Shown: one piece after another, positions 31,875 through 47,872 of the stretch
Layout: each line of letters opens with the position of its first letter
Position numbering within the stretch: position 1 is the stretch's first letter
Source of the DNA: the human T2T-CHM13v2.0 reference genome, Homo sapiens
Length of the DNA: 64,000 nucleotides
Strand: one strand, 5' to 3'
Assembly: GCF_009914755.1 (NCBI RefSeq)
Contig: NC_060947.1
Notes under the pieces: model-generated
Seen by the model: only the letters and a program-made list of their open reading frames with translations
The model's database searches: none
What the model was told of the DNA's origin: nothing
Position numbers and translations under genes: made by a program

Positions 31875-32259
31875 CTACTAGTACTTTCTTCCAGTTATTT
31901 GCTACAATTTCCATGCATTGACTATACTGCAAAATTCACGTGTTTCATCTTGACCAAGGACAAAGTAAAATCAGCTCTTTGCTCTCACAGTTAACAAACC
32001 ACTTGTTACTCAACCGGACTGTCAAGAGTTGTCAAGAAATGAAAACAGCAAACTAGAAAAAGGCTAACTAGAGGAAGAACTATTGTGCCTAATGAAAAGA
32101 TCAAAGCAATTGAGAATGAAGGAGCACCTACCTTTATGACATTCAGAAAACATAAATGGTGTTTGGCTACCCTCTTTATATAAACTGACCTTCTGACTGG
32201 CTGGTTGAATACTGACTCACTTTTGACCTTATCAAACAGGTGCTCCCTTTTAATTTTTG

Positions 32260-32262
<3 letters not shown>

Positions 32263-32299
<37 letters not shown>

Positions 32300-32329
32300 T
32301 GGTGGTGGTGGTGTTGCTGTTGCTGTTGT

Positions 32330-32330
<1 letters not shown>
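32263..32330. repeat. Compound microsatellite (TG)n-(TGG)n-(TTG)-rich at an Alu tail
   Basis: Seen directly. Confidence 0.9.
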
Positions 32331-32617
<287 letters not shown>

Positions 32618-32719
32618 CTTTTTAACTTTTGGCTCAGAGGTATTCCTATTGGAAAATCAGAGCCATTAAAAGCCTAATGTAGGACAAACTAATTAAATTC
32701 TAATAAAGTTTGTGGTTTA

Positions 32720-32890
32720 TATCACAATGTTTATACCAAAGTTTATTTCTTAGTTTTGAGAAATGCACCACGGTATGTAAGATGTTCACATTAAGGGTAG
32801 CCAGGTAAAGGGTACACAGGAACTCTCTGTATTTTGTTTGTAACCCTTCTCTAAATCTAAAATTATTTCAAAATAAAAGCTTATTAACCA
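32720..32890 (+). mobile_element. Old L1M 3' end remnant
   Basis: tttcttagttttgagaaatgcacca...gggtacacaggaactctctgta...aaaattatttcaaaataaaa. Confidence 0.6.
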
Positions 32891-33919
32891 AAAAAGTCTA
32901 CTGTATTCTCAGCATTGTGCTCCACAAGGTGATGGCTAGCCTCCAAGAGCTGGATGTATTCTTGCTCTGTCAGCTATTCAGCCTCTACAGTCAATTCAGC
33001 AATATAAGGGAATTTTCCAGGCAGCATCCAGTACAGACTTCTTTGATGAAGAGGAGAAACATCTCTAAAAACAGAGCTTTGTTCACGATGGGAAAGAACG
33101 TGGGACTCTGCAAGACTTGTTACTACCTGCCTGTCTCACTTCCACCCCTAGGGCCACTGGATTCTGGAGTCCATCTAAAGGGCCTCAGGAGGACTATAAC
33201 TGTCAGGGAAAACTTTCACTACTGGAAAGCTTGTTAGCACTTTCCTCTTGCAAATGATCCTTCCAAGAAAGCTCATCTTCTACTTCATTGGCATGTGGGA
33301 CAAATGTTGAAGTTTAATTTGTAGGCAGGGAGTTCTCCATCGACACACACTGTGGCACTCTGCTTTGATGGCTAGAGTGCCTGCTTAGGCAAACCTAGTG
33401 GTGCTGAGCAACATCCTTGACACCTTTGTATTGAGGCATTCCTGCTAAGGATTCATTATGATGTCGTAACAAGAAGATCCCTGTAAAAGACTTTGGTGGG
33501 TATTTTACTTGGTGGGAGTATTTTGTGCTAGATGGCCTTTTGCTAGTTGTTTCCTTACAGATGATAGATTATTTACTCTCTATTGGAAGGTTCCTGCCTC
33601 TAGTTTGAGATGTATTAAAGCTAACATTTTCTACTCCCCTTCCTCAATAAATTCTTCAGCCTTTCTTGATGTTTAAAGGAGCATTAAAGCCTCTAGGCTA
33701 AGCTTTATTTATTTGCAAGCTCCATTACTAAGCCATCCGTGTGACTCAGTGAAAGCCTTTTATTGAAAAAGTAAACATCTTAAACCAAATCAATCACTTG
33801 CTTTTTCTCAGTCTATCAAAAACTTCATATCATTTTGTTGTCCATCAGATATAGGTGAAAGAAAGATAATAAAAAGATATGTTGAATGGGGGCTGTGGAT
33901 GGGAAGTAGAACAAGCTAA

Positions 33920-34710
33920 TGTTTTGTAGCATTCCCTATAAGATTCAAGGAGCATTGGGAATATAATGAGAAATGAGCTTCCTTCCTTCATGGAGCTTAC
34001 CTGCTCATAGAGGAGGGAAATAAAAATCGATCAAACATAGACATTGATAAAGTAAATGTAAATTGTCATAGATGCTATGCAGCAGACAAATAAGGGGCTG
34101 AGACAGGGAATATGGTGGAAGGAAGGGGATCTCTACCTGGAATGAGTTGTCAGAGGAGGCTTCTCTGGGAAAATGATTTGAGCTGAGACCTAACGAAGGA
34201 AACAACCAAACCCATAAAGATTGGAAGAAGCAATATATGTAAATCCCTGGGGTGGGAAAGCTGCTAGTGAAAACTGGTGGGGTTGAAGCACACTGAGCGA
34301 GGGGAAAATGGTCCAAGATTGGGCTGGAGAGATGAGCAGGGGCCAAGTGATTCAGGGCCTCATAGGTCATGGGAAGGAGGTTGGGTTTTTTTCCAGGTAT
34401 AGAGGGAAGCCATGGAAAAGCTGTAAGCTAGGAAGTGACATGATCTGTCTAAGACTTTAAGAAGATTACTTTTGCTGCTATTTGACATGATGTACTAAAG
34501 CAGATCAAGAGGGGAGCTGGAAGGCCAGTTTGAAGCTGTTGCACTGCTCCGTACCTGGATGAGGAAGATGCCAGTGGAGAATGGTGAAAGTGGGCAGATT
34601 CAGGATATGTCTTGGAGAAAGAAACTACTAAACACTTCCATGGATTAGATGTATGAAGTGAGGGAAAGGAAGGAGACTAAAATAACTACTAAGTATGACT
34701 TAAATGACAG
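33920..34710 (-). mobile_element. L2 remnant
   Basis: ttcatggagcttac..., gaggcttctctgg..tttgagctgagacct, gtgacatgatctg, gcagattcaggatat. Confidence 0.75.
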
Positions 34711-34879
34711 GACTTGATTGTAAGGGCTGTCATTACAAAGTAAGGTTTTAAAAATAGGATTTTCTTTTTACAAAAGATAATAATCTCAATTTTTAAAAGT
34801 AAAGGTTGGTGTCTTTGGTTTTTAAACTTTTATGTGTATTAGAAGCCATTGTAGACTTGTTTTCTTTGCTTAAGATATA

Positions 34880-34997
34880 GATGCTTAGGCTTCTACTCCA
34901 GCCCTACTGAATCCAACTGGGAAGACATAGGGCCCAGGCATCTGCTCTTATAACAAGCTGTGAAGAGTTCTGATGTAGTTTGAGACCCACTGGTTTA
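34880..34997. mobile_element. MER5A remnant
   Basis: cctactgaatc...gggcccaggcatctg..taacaagct...tttgagacccactg. Confidence 0.6.
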
Positions 34998-35038
34998 AAG
35001 AGAAAAACGTGAGATGCACAGACACAACAATTTGTTTA

Positions 35039-35368
<330 letters not shown>

Positions 35369-36616
35369 TTACCTACAAGTTTATTCAAACCACTGTTTCT
35401 GGTTAACACAAAAATAGTATTCAGATAACAATGATAAAGAACTCACGAATATCCTAACAAATTGTGTTTCTAAAAGATAAATTGAATGACTGGTAAAGAG
35501 GAAAGGCAAGCAGCAATTTTGAAAGGAAAGAATTATCTCTACTCCCATGATTCTATATTTGAATCAACTTGTTTTGTGTTTATAAGGATATATCAGGTAA
35601 TATAATTACACACACGCACACACAGCGGGAGAGAGTGATTTGGCTAATCAGTAACAGATATTTCTGCCATAGTTTATAAAACTCCGAAGTGTTTTTGATA
35701 CCCTCAACAAAATAATGAATTCGGTAAATATTAGTGGAGAAGCACTATAGGAGGGACCATAGAATGTTACGGAGTACATAAGGATGGGAGGCACGAGTGG
35801 TGGTTTACAGTGATGAAGAAAGGCAGAAAGGGAAAAGGTATCTCTACAATGTGACATTCATAGCATACATTATTTCCCTGAGTCTTTAGAGACCACCGTA
35901 AGACTGAAGTCATATGTTCATTTTATAAATGAAGATACAAAAACTCAAGAATATTAGGTACTGTGTTTAATCCTGCTGCGAGTGAGCAGTAGAACCAGAA
36001 TTTAAACCAATTATGTCTGGTTCTAAAGCCTGTCTATGCTTTTTGTGTGCGTGCATTGGCACAGAAAATCAAGTGATACAGTCATCCCTCAAATTTTTCA
36101 GCAAATACTTGATGGAAAGGAAGACTGTGAAATAATTGCTGAAAGCTGAAATATTTCTTCCTCCTAACATGGTGGACATTATATGAAGTCTACCAGGAAT
36201 AAATATAAATTTGTCATGACCATAAGTCAGACAGGCAGGCAACAAGAAGGGTATTTATTGTATTGTGTTATGTAGTCACTCTGCTGCAGCATTGCAAAAC
36301 ACAGTTCTGCTGCAAGTATTACATTATTGAGGTTTCCTGAAGCTTGACCTAAGCCTAATATAAATTAAGTAAACATATTTTTTTAAGGGGGATGGGTGTG
36401 AATTTTGGTAAGTTAAATACAATTTTAGGTTAAATATAAATTTGAGGAGCAACAATAAGGCATTAAATCCATATCAGGTTTTTGCTTCTGATGAGGTATT
36501 GACTCCCTTGGAGATATCATTCATCATTCAAACATAGAAAGGGCCAAGCAAATTATTTCAAGCTTTTTTTAATATCATGAATGTGGCACAGCCTTATGAA
36601 AATTAAACAATTTTAT

Positions 36617-36933
<317 letters not shown>

Positions 36934-37132
36934 TTAAATGCAAGGTTTCCTACAATTCTTTTCACAAAACCTAGAAATGTTGATTCTTTATTCTCTACAA
37001 ATTACTGGTTTCCTTGATCTCCCTGTGCCCTAAGATAAAATTAGACTTTTTGAAAGGAAATGAAAGACCCTTTTCCATGAATATTCATATCAAAGAACCT
37101 CTCACACTTGCCTATCTATCAGGGTGACTCAT

Positions 37133-37645
37133 TGTATTAGTTTCTTATGACTGAATTAACAACTTACCCCAAAACTTAGCCTAAAATAGCAAATGTTTAT
37201 TTAACAATTTCTGTGGATCAAATATTTGAGAATGGCTTAGAATGGTTCTGATTCACGATCTGCCAAGACATTATAATCAAGATGTCGGCCAGGGCTGTAG
37301 TCTCCTGAAGGCTTGCCTGAGGTTGAAAGATCCCATTCCAAGCTCACTCAGGTGGCTATTGGCCAGAGTCATCAGTTCTTCACCAGATGGATCATACCAT
37401 AGTGTTGTTTGAGTGTTCTCATGTGACAGTTGTTTTCCCGCCAGAGGAAATGATCCAAGACAAAGAGAAGCAAGAAGTAAGCCACAATGTAACTTAGAAG
37501 TTATAAACCATTGTTTCTGCCATATGCCATTGATGAGAAGTGAGTCTCTAAGTCCAGCCCACACTCAAAAAGAATGAAATTAAGCTTCAACTCTTCAAAG
37601 GAGAAACATCAAATAATTTGTGAACTTATTTTAAAACCACGATAA
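37133..37645 (-). mobile_element. MLT1 (F/G/H-like) MaLR LTR
   Basis: tgtattagttttcttat...ccccaaaacttag...tcaagatgtcggccagggctg...ttttaaaaccac. Confidence 0.7.
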
Positions 37646-39029
37646 CCACTGAAGTAAAAAAAAAAAAAAAAAACTAATATAGTTCCCTGTGAGACAGAAA
37701 AAGTTTCTATTAAATACTAGTGGTACTCTTTTGTGATTTCTAAATCACAGCTAAGAATGATGAATTGCTCAGTAAGAAAACACTATATCAGGTGGGAAAC
37801 CATTTTTATACAATGGTGGTCATACAGATTACTATCAGGCAAGCTATCCTAGAGGTTATGAAACAGAAAGGCTTATTAACGAAATTATAAATGTTTAAAT
37901 CATACACAGTCTTTAAATAAGTTTAAAACACAGAGTGAGAAACAAGAGGAAAGAGATGGGGTACCTTAATACACTTAAGATAGGGTACAAGCAGGGTGGA
38001 AGGACTGCACACCTGAATCCTTAGAACGTTCTTCTGTTCTCTCTTTCTCTCTCTCTCTCTCCCACCCCCAAATCCCCACCATACTACATCATGCTACATT
38101 GATAATGTAGTTATAAAATTATGTGTTATGGGATCTCAGGCCACAAATGGAAGATTCCTGGGACTAATGGCACACACTTGCTCTGTTGGAGATGTACAGG
38201 GACCAGCACACCTGAACACAGATGTAGCTTATTGATACTTCTGCTGAAGAGCTATGAGATTTATTTGTTTTTTTGGGAAGAGCACATGTGAGTCCAGTAT
38301 TGTACTCTACTGGATGTCACCAATGGATGACCAATTTAGGGGCTACACAACTGTCAGTCCAAAGGTAGCATAATCATGACTTGGTCTTGGCCTGTCCATC
38401 ACTTTCTAGCCATAATAACACTCTATTCTATTGCATATTTCATTTATTCTATCTTTTAACATATCTTATAGGTTACTAATTTACTATTTACATTTAAACA
38501 CTTTTATATATTCTGCCTGTATCACAAACTACATGCTTATTTATTACTTACACTTAACACATTCTATAAATTTTGTCTGTATTTTATAAGCTTCTAGCTT
38601 ACTATTTATTGTTAACACTTCTTATGACTTTCTTCTATTCCATTTAATTTTCTTTTCTATAGCAGAGTTGAATTATTGAATTATGGCAGAAATATGAATT
38701 ATATTATTATCCTCAAATAATACAACAAAAGACATTTCACAATGTTTCCAAAAGCAGAGACAGCTCTTCTCTTATTGAGGAAATATGTTTTTCCTAATAT
38801 GCAGTTGGGTTATATAATCTCTAAAAGGAATGGATTAGCATTTAAAAGAGGTGATTATGTCACTGGATAATGGAGCTACATGGCTGTCAGTTTGCTTGGA
38901 CAATAGGAAATCTCCACAAACCCCTTACCCCCACCTCTGCCTCTGAACAACCAGTGACAAACAAAGTCTACCCAGAAAATACAGGAGACCTCTAGTAATG
39001 ACTTCAGGAACCAAACAGGATCCAGAGAG

Positions 39030-39440
39030 CCTCTTGCAGGTTGAGTTCTCTGGAAGCAGATGCTGTGATAGAATTTGGGGTGCAAGATGTTTATTAGGGG
39101 TCAACGTGTTAGGAAGTGAGAGCAGAGGGAGCAGGTGAGCTACGGTGTAGGTTCAATACATCCTAGTTCAATTCAGTGGAGATCTCTGAAGAGAACATTG
39201 CCCATTAGAGTTGTCTCCCATTAGGCCAAAATAACAGGGCCTTTATACCTCTGCCTCACTCAGTCATTGAATGCTTGCTACCCTGGAAGGACTCAACCTC
39301 CAACAGGGCTGCTCTCTGCAGATGAGGCAGATTCTGAAGGACTGACAGCCGGAAACTGCCTGCTGACTATACTTCTCACAGCTGGGTAATAAATCCTTCC
39401 TTGAAGGAGAATCTAGCGGGTATATCTCTGTGCCTAACAC
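39030..39440 (-). mobile_element. Old ERVL LTR (LTR33-like)
   Basis: gagttctctggaagcagatgctg...ggtgcaagatgtttatt. Confidence 0.5.
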
Positions 39441-40174
39441 AGAACCAGATAGATCTTTCCTTCTGGGGTAGCGTGTGGTTTTCCTGACAGAGAAGAAAGA
39501 GTATTCAGACTGAGAGATTTGAAAGAAATCGTTCTTGGGAAGAAGAGGCCCAACCTGAGGGTGAAAAGGCCAATTAGGAGTTAAGGGAAGCTGGGAGAGA
39601 TTGGCCTTCTCCAAGGGAAGACCTATGTCTTTGGGAGCATCCCTTGGGAGATGGAAAGCAAAGTCTAATGCAGCTAGAACTTTAATTTGTATCTCCCTCT
39701 CTATACCTCTTTTCTAAAAATGCTTTATCCCTGTAGGAACAGGGTGTAGAGGCAGAGTATCCAGAGCAAATAGGTCTGTTGTATTCTATCCCCCATTCCT
39801 TGCCTAAGGAGAAAGGAGAGTACATCTGCTGACTAACTGGACCAGATCTCTGAGAGCACAGAGGTGATTTCCAGTCCTGGAAAGCTTCCCACAGTTAAGC
39901 CCGAGGCAGAAGAAAGAACCAAGACATAAGATAATTTTTCTGGAGAGAACATACGCAGAAAAGACCAAGCCTTTTGACTATGTTCATAGATTAGCAAATG
40001 ATGGCTCCTAAGAAAGAAGGAAGGGACTCCAGAAAACTCCTGATTTTGTAACAAACTTCCCACATTGTGGAGTGAAGTAGCTTTTTCTGAAATGTTTACC
40101 TAGGAACCAGAATATATTTTTAATCGACCTAAGTTTTGAGTTTTTCAGTTCAGTCACAGGTTCCTACCAATGGT

Positions 40175-40515
40175 GGCTGGATTAGTCAGGAAACAGTAAC
40201 AAATAAAACCTAAAATCTCAGTGGTTTAACATGACAACAAATTATTTCTGACTCACATATGATCAGCACAGTCAATGGGGGACTGTGCTACACAATCAGT
40301 CACCCAAGTCTTGGAAGCTCCACCATCCTGAATATATACCATTCGGAAAACATGGCCTTCACCCACTTCCACCACACACAACCCATTACCTAGAATCCAG
40401 TTACATGGCTGAAATTTCAAAGCAAGTGAATTTGGAGACTGTAACTTTCCTATTTATCCAGACAGTGGAAAATGAAATGGGATTTGGTGAGCATATAGCA
40501 TTGTTTCTAGCACAA
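40175..40515 (-). mobile_element. Old MLT1 (J/K-like) remnant
   Basis: gtaacaaataaaacctaaaatctcagtggtttaac...tttggtgagca. Confidence 0.55.
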
Positions 40516-40935
40516 TAAGGAACAGCTGGCTGTCTGGTTTTGCAGAAAAGCCTGGTGAACCTTACAAACCCTTTCTCAGTTGGTTCTTACTTTTATCTGG
40601 GCTAAATAATCCTGGACTTGGAAACACATACAGGCAACACAGAACAACTGCTTTTGAGAAGAGGATATTAAACTACACTTCTGAGATGAATTGGTACCCA
40701 GAGTTTATTGCCTTAGCTTATTAATAAACCTTCAAGCAGTTAGGGTAAAGAAATGATGAGTACAGCTGAAAAACCATTATAATATTTTCAGGTTCAAATA
40801 TTTTAGAAATAGTCTTCACAATTTTAAGAAAACCAGAATCAGTAGAGGACTGATGTGCTCTGTCAAAACACCAAGGAGTAACATAAACATCCTTCTATAG
40901 TCTCCAGAAATTATTTCTTACAGAAAGTAAGATAA

Positions 40936-41232
40936 GGCCAGGTGCAGTGGCTCACGCCTGTAATCCCAGTACTTTGAGAGGTTGAGGCAAGTGGATCACC
41001 TGAGGTCAGGAGTTCGAGACCATCCTGGCCAACATGGAGAAACCCTGTCCCTACTAAAAATACAAAAATTAGCCGGGTGTGGTGATATGCACCTGTCATC
41101 CCAGCTACTCGGGAGGCTGAGGCAGGAGAATCGCTTGAACCCGGGAGGCAGAGGCGTCAGTGAGCCAAGACCCCGCCTTTGCACTCCAGCCTGGGCAACA
41201 AGGGCAAAACTCCGTCTCAAAACAATAAAAAA
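40936..41232 (+). mobile_element. AluSq/Sp-like
   Basis: TSD AAAGTAAGATAA. Confidence 0.95.
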
Positions 41233-41459
41233 AGTAAGATAAAGTAGTTCCCTGGGGTTGTTTCTGTGGATTCTTTTAAAAAAACATGAAAAAGCAGACT
41301 GTTTCCAGAACATTCATGACATCTAAACCCATGGATAAATACAGCATCTGAATATCTTTTATTCATTCCATCTTTTGCTCAGTTCAATAAAACCATGACT
41401 TATTAGCAAACAGGTACCATAAATTGCATCATTGAAATGAGTAGATAACTTACCTTTAG

Positions 41460-41690
41460 TCTACAAATGTTTATTGAATATGTATTATGTGTGGGGCAGT
41501 TTCCTCTGGAGCTATAACAGTGATCATAACAGAAAAATTCCCTGCCCACTTAAAGATTACATTTTAATGGATAAAATCAAACAAACAAAGAATTTAGTAA
41601 AGCAAACATTGTGTCAGAAAGTTGTAAGTGCTATAGAGAAAAAACAGAGCAAGGAAGAAGGATGGAACTTGAGATAGGGGTTGTCACTGC
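41460..41690 (-). mobile_element. L2 3' end remnant
   Basis: caaatgtttattgaat...ccctgcccact...taagtgctatagagaaaaa. Confidence 0.6.
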
Positions 41691-41789
41691 TCAGAGAATT
41701 ACTTGGGGATTAGTTTCTGGGAGAATAGAAAAGAAATGATGGGTTTCTTATGGGTACTGCCATAAACAGGGACAAAGATCATGGTGAGA

Positions 41790-42394
41790 CTTTTTAAAAG
41801 TGTTTATTTTAGGTTAGGGGTACATGTGAAGCTTTATTACACAGGTAAACTCATGTCAAGGGGGTTTGTTGTATGAATTATTTCATCACCCAGGTATTAA
41901 GCCCAGTACATAATAGTTATCTTTTCTGTTCCTCTCCCTCCTCCCACTCTCCACCCTCAAGTAGACCAGTGTCTGCTGTTTCCTTCTTTGTGTTCATAAA
42001 TTCTCATCACTTAGTTCCCACTTATAAGTGAGAATATGCAGCATTTGGTTTTCTCTTCCTGCATTAGTTTGCTGAGGATAACAGCCTCCAGCTCCGTTTA
42101 AAGGACATGATCTCATTTCTTTTTATGGCTGCATAGTACTCCATGGTGTATATGTACCACATTTTCTTTATCCAATCTGTCATTGATGGGCATTTAGATT
42201 GATTCCATGCCTTTGCTATTGTGAATTGTGCTGCAATGAACATTCACATGCCTGTGTCTTTATGGTAAAATGATTTATATTCCTCTGAGTATATACCCAG
42301 TAACGGGATTGGTAGGTTAAATGATAGTTCTGCTTTTAGCATTTTGAGGAATCACCATACTGCTTTCCACAATGGCTGAATTAATGTATACTCC
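41790..42394 (-). mobile_element. 5'-truncated old L1PA (PA15/16-like)
   Basis: Antisense 3'UTR and ORF2 end; 17-bp TSD CAAAGATCATGGTGAGA at 41773-41789 and 42395-42411. Confidence 0.9.
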
Positions 42395-42663
42395 CAAAGA
42401 TCATGGTGAGATTATTCTTGATTCCCTCAAGGCAAACAGTGGTAGTAAAGCTGTAATGAGTGGAGAGATGGAAGTCTTGCCAGAAACACACAGAGATCTG
42501 GTCTCCCTTTTCATTCCTGCCAGTGATGACATGGAGACTGGGGAGTAGATGATTGTAACTAGAGAATGTAGACCTCTGGGACTCCATCTGCACTCTTGCT
42601 CTCTATTGATGGAACTGTGAATTTCTTAAAGGCAGGAGACTGTACCTCTTATCTATTGAGACT

Positions 42664-43856
<1,193 letters not shown>

Positions 43857-43948
43857 ATTCAATACATGTTGAATGAATCAATCTCTATGAAATGCATTTT
43901 TAAATGTATGGTATGAGCAATCTATAGCAATCTAAAAAGTAGTTTGGT

Positions 43949-44790
<842 letters not shown>

Positions 44791-45014
44791 ATATTTTAAT
44801 TATTAACATCCCCAGGGAGTTAAGAGAAAATATTGCATCTGTGAAACAAGACTAGGGTACTACAATGGAAAAACCACTTAGAAAATAACAATCAAAAAAA
44901 GTTATTAGAAGTGAAAAACATGATAGCAAAAATTTCAAAAACCAACAGAAGATTTGGAAAACAGAGATGAAGAAATCTCAGAAATAAGAGCAAAAAAAAT
45001 ATGTCTTCCACCTT

Positions 45015-45420
45015 ATACTCTCTCTCAGGCTCTTCTTGCTTGTTTGCTCTTATGAAGCCAGCTGCCATGTTATAAGCTGTCATATGGAGAGGCCCATATG
45101 ACAGGAACTGAGAATGGCCTCCAGTCAACAGCCAGCAAGGAACTGAGGCCCTCAATCTAACAGCTCACAAGGAACTGAGTCCTGACAGCAACCACATGTG
45201 TGAATTTGGAATTGGCTCTTCCTCCAGTAGAGCCTTGAGATGACTGTGGCCACAGCTGACACCTTGATTGAGGCTCATGAGAGACTCTGAGCCAGAGGCA
45301 CCCAGGTAAGCTGCATTCAGATTCCTGATCCACATAAACTAGAAAATAATAAATGTTTGCTGTTTTAAGCTGCTAAGTTTTAGGGTAATTTGTTATGCAG
45401 CAATAGATAATTAATATGCT
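45015..45420 (+). mobile_element. MLT1 (D/E-like) LTR
   Basis: ggcaaggaactgagg-type repeats, cagctgacaccttgattg, ttgttatgcagcaatagataa end. Confidence 0.8.
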
Positions 45421-47460
45421 GATAGTGGATGATCGATAATCTAAAATTAGTTATTTCTATTCAGAAGTTCTAAGTGAAATATTATCACTGTTATTACAGA
45501 CTTGTATCCCAATGGAATCGTGTGCAGGTTAGGTGGAAAGCATTAGTGTTTTGGAGTATAATAAAGTATGTAAACGTCGTTCTACTCTCTCTCCCTGCCT
45601 AAAAGTATCATAGAGTAAACGTGGCAGTGAATAAGACATTCTCAGAAGAGGAAGGTGAGTTTCCATGGGTCCTGGACTAACATGAGAATTTGGCAAGGCT
45701 GGGAATCCTGAAATCGAAACAAAGAAGTGTTTGTCTGTAATTAGGCTTTCCTAGAAAGTTTTCAGAAGTGACTAACTCACATCCTGATATACCAAGATAC
45801 CTAACCCTATGTGAAGTGTGTCATTATTAGGACTGTGTATAAGTGTATGTAGTACTGCCTTACTATAACTTACAAACCACTGAGAAGGGCCAAGGCCCTC
45901 CAGTTTCAGAATTAGGCTTAATTCTTGGATTATTCTTCTTTTATTGTATGTTTTTAAAGAAATATCAGAACTATTAAATACCAATAAAAATTTTGAAAAA
46001 TAAACATAACTATTATATATCATTTAAAAATTTTTAAATAAAAAATAATTGTTCTGTATTTAGGAAACATTCCATAAAAGCAATGACAACTGTGGTATTT
46101 AGATAATGGTTCAAGGATTTCTGGGTAAAAAATGTGTCATATAGAGTTGCTTTTCTAACTTTCAAATGGAGATTTCATATTGTAATGAGTCTTTTATGCA
46201 TGTTTAAGGATTTTAAAATATAGAGGATGTGGAAAATGAAGAAGATGAAATGAAATCTACATTGTTGAGCTCCAACAGAATTAGTAGTTTTAGATTAGAA
46301 AGTGTCTTTCTGTATGTGATATTTTTGGGTCAGTATTTTACCAAGATTATGCAATGCTCACTTACTATTGATTTTTTAGTATCTATCTTGTTGTTTCAAA
46401 TCTATGACTTGCTAAGGGATAGGCCAAATTAGCAAGTAAAAATGCATGTAAATAATTATAGGAAAATATAATAAAAATTGATTTCAATAACTTAAAACTC
46501 TCTAAACACAGAACTGTCAAATTTACTTTTTTATTTTAATTTTATTTTTATTTATAATTTTTTATTTTAATTTTTGTAAGTACATAGTAGGTGTTTATAT
46601 TTGTAAGACACGAGATGTTTTGATACAGGAATGCAATGCATAATAATCACATCATGTAAAATGGGGTATGCATCCCTGCAAGCATTCATCCTTGTTGTTA
46701 CAAACAATCCAATTATACTCTTACAGTTCTTTTTAAATGTACAACTAAATTATTAGTTTCTATAGTCACCCTGTTGTGCTATCAAATGCTAGAACTTATT
46801 ATTCTTTCTACCTATTTTTTTGTACCCATTAACCATCCCACCTCCCTCCCCACCATCCACCACTGTATTTCCCAACCTCTGGTTCTCATCCTTCTACTCT
46901 CTATCTCCATGAGTTCAATTGTTTTGATTTTTAGATGCCACAAATAAGTGAAAACATGCAAAGTTTGTCTTTCTGTATGTGGTTTATTTCACTTAGCATA
47001 ACGACCCCCAGTTCCATCCATGTAGTTGCAAGTCACAGGATCTCATTCTTTTTTTACGGCTGAATAGTACTTCATTGTGTATATGTACCACATTTTCTTT
47101 ATCCATTCATTTGTTGTTAGACACTTTGGTTGCTTCCAAAGTTTGGCTATTGTGAACAGAGCTGCAACAAACATGGGAGTGCAGATATCTCTTTGATATA
47201 CTGATTTCCTTTCTTTTAGTTATATACCCAGCAGTGAGATTGCTGGATCATACAGTAGCTCTATTTTTAGTTGTTTGAGGAACCTCTAAACAATTCTCCA
47301 TAATAGTTATACTAATTTACATTCTCACCAATGGTGTGAGAGGGTTCCCTTTTTCCACATCCTTACCAGCATTTGTTATCACCTGTCTTTTGTATAAAAG
47401 CCATTTTAACTGGGGTGAGATGATATCTCATTGTAGTTTTGATTTGCATTTATCTGATGA

Positions 47461-47872
<412 letters not shown>

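Noticed and set aside
32917-33480. 106-aa ORF in unique, exon-like sequence
   Set aside because: GTG start, no recognisable homology, no convincing splice-site pair.
38293-38315. Small hairpin TCCAGTA-N8-TACTGGA
   Set aside because: A 7-bp stem is expected by chance in 64 kb.
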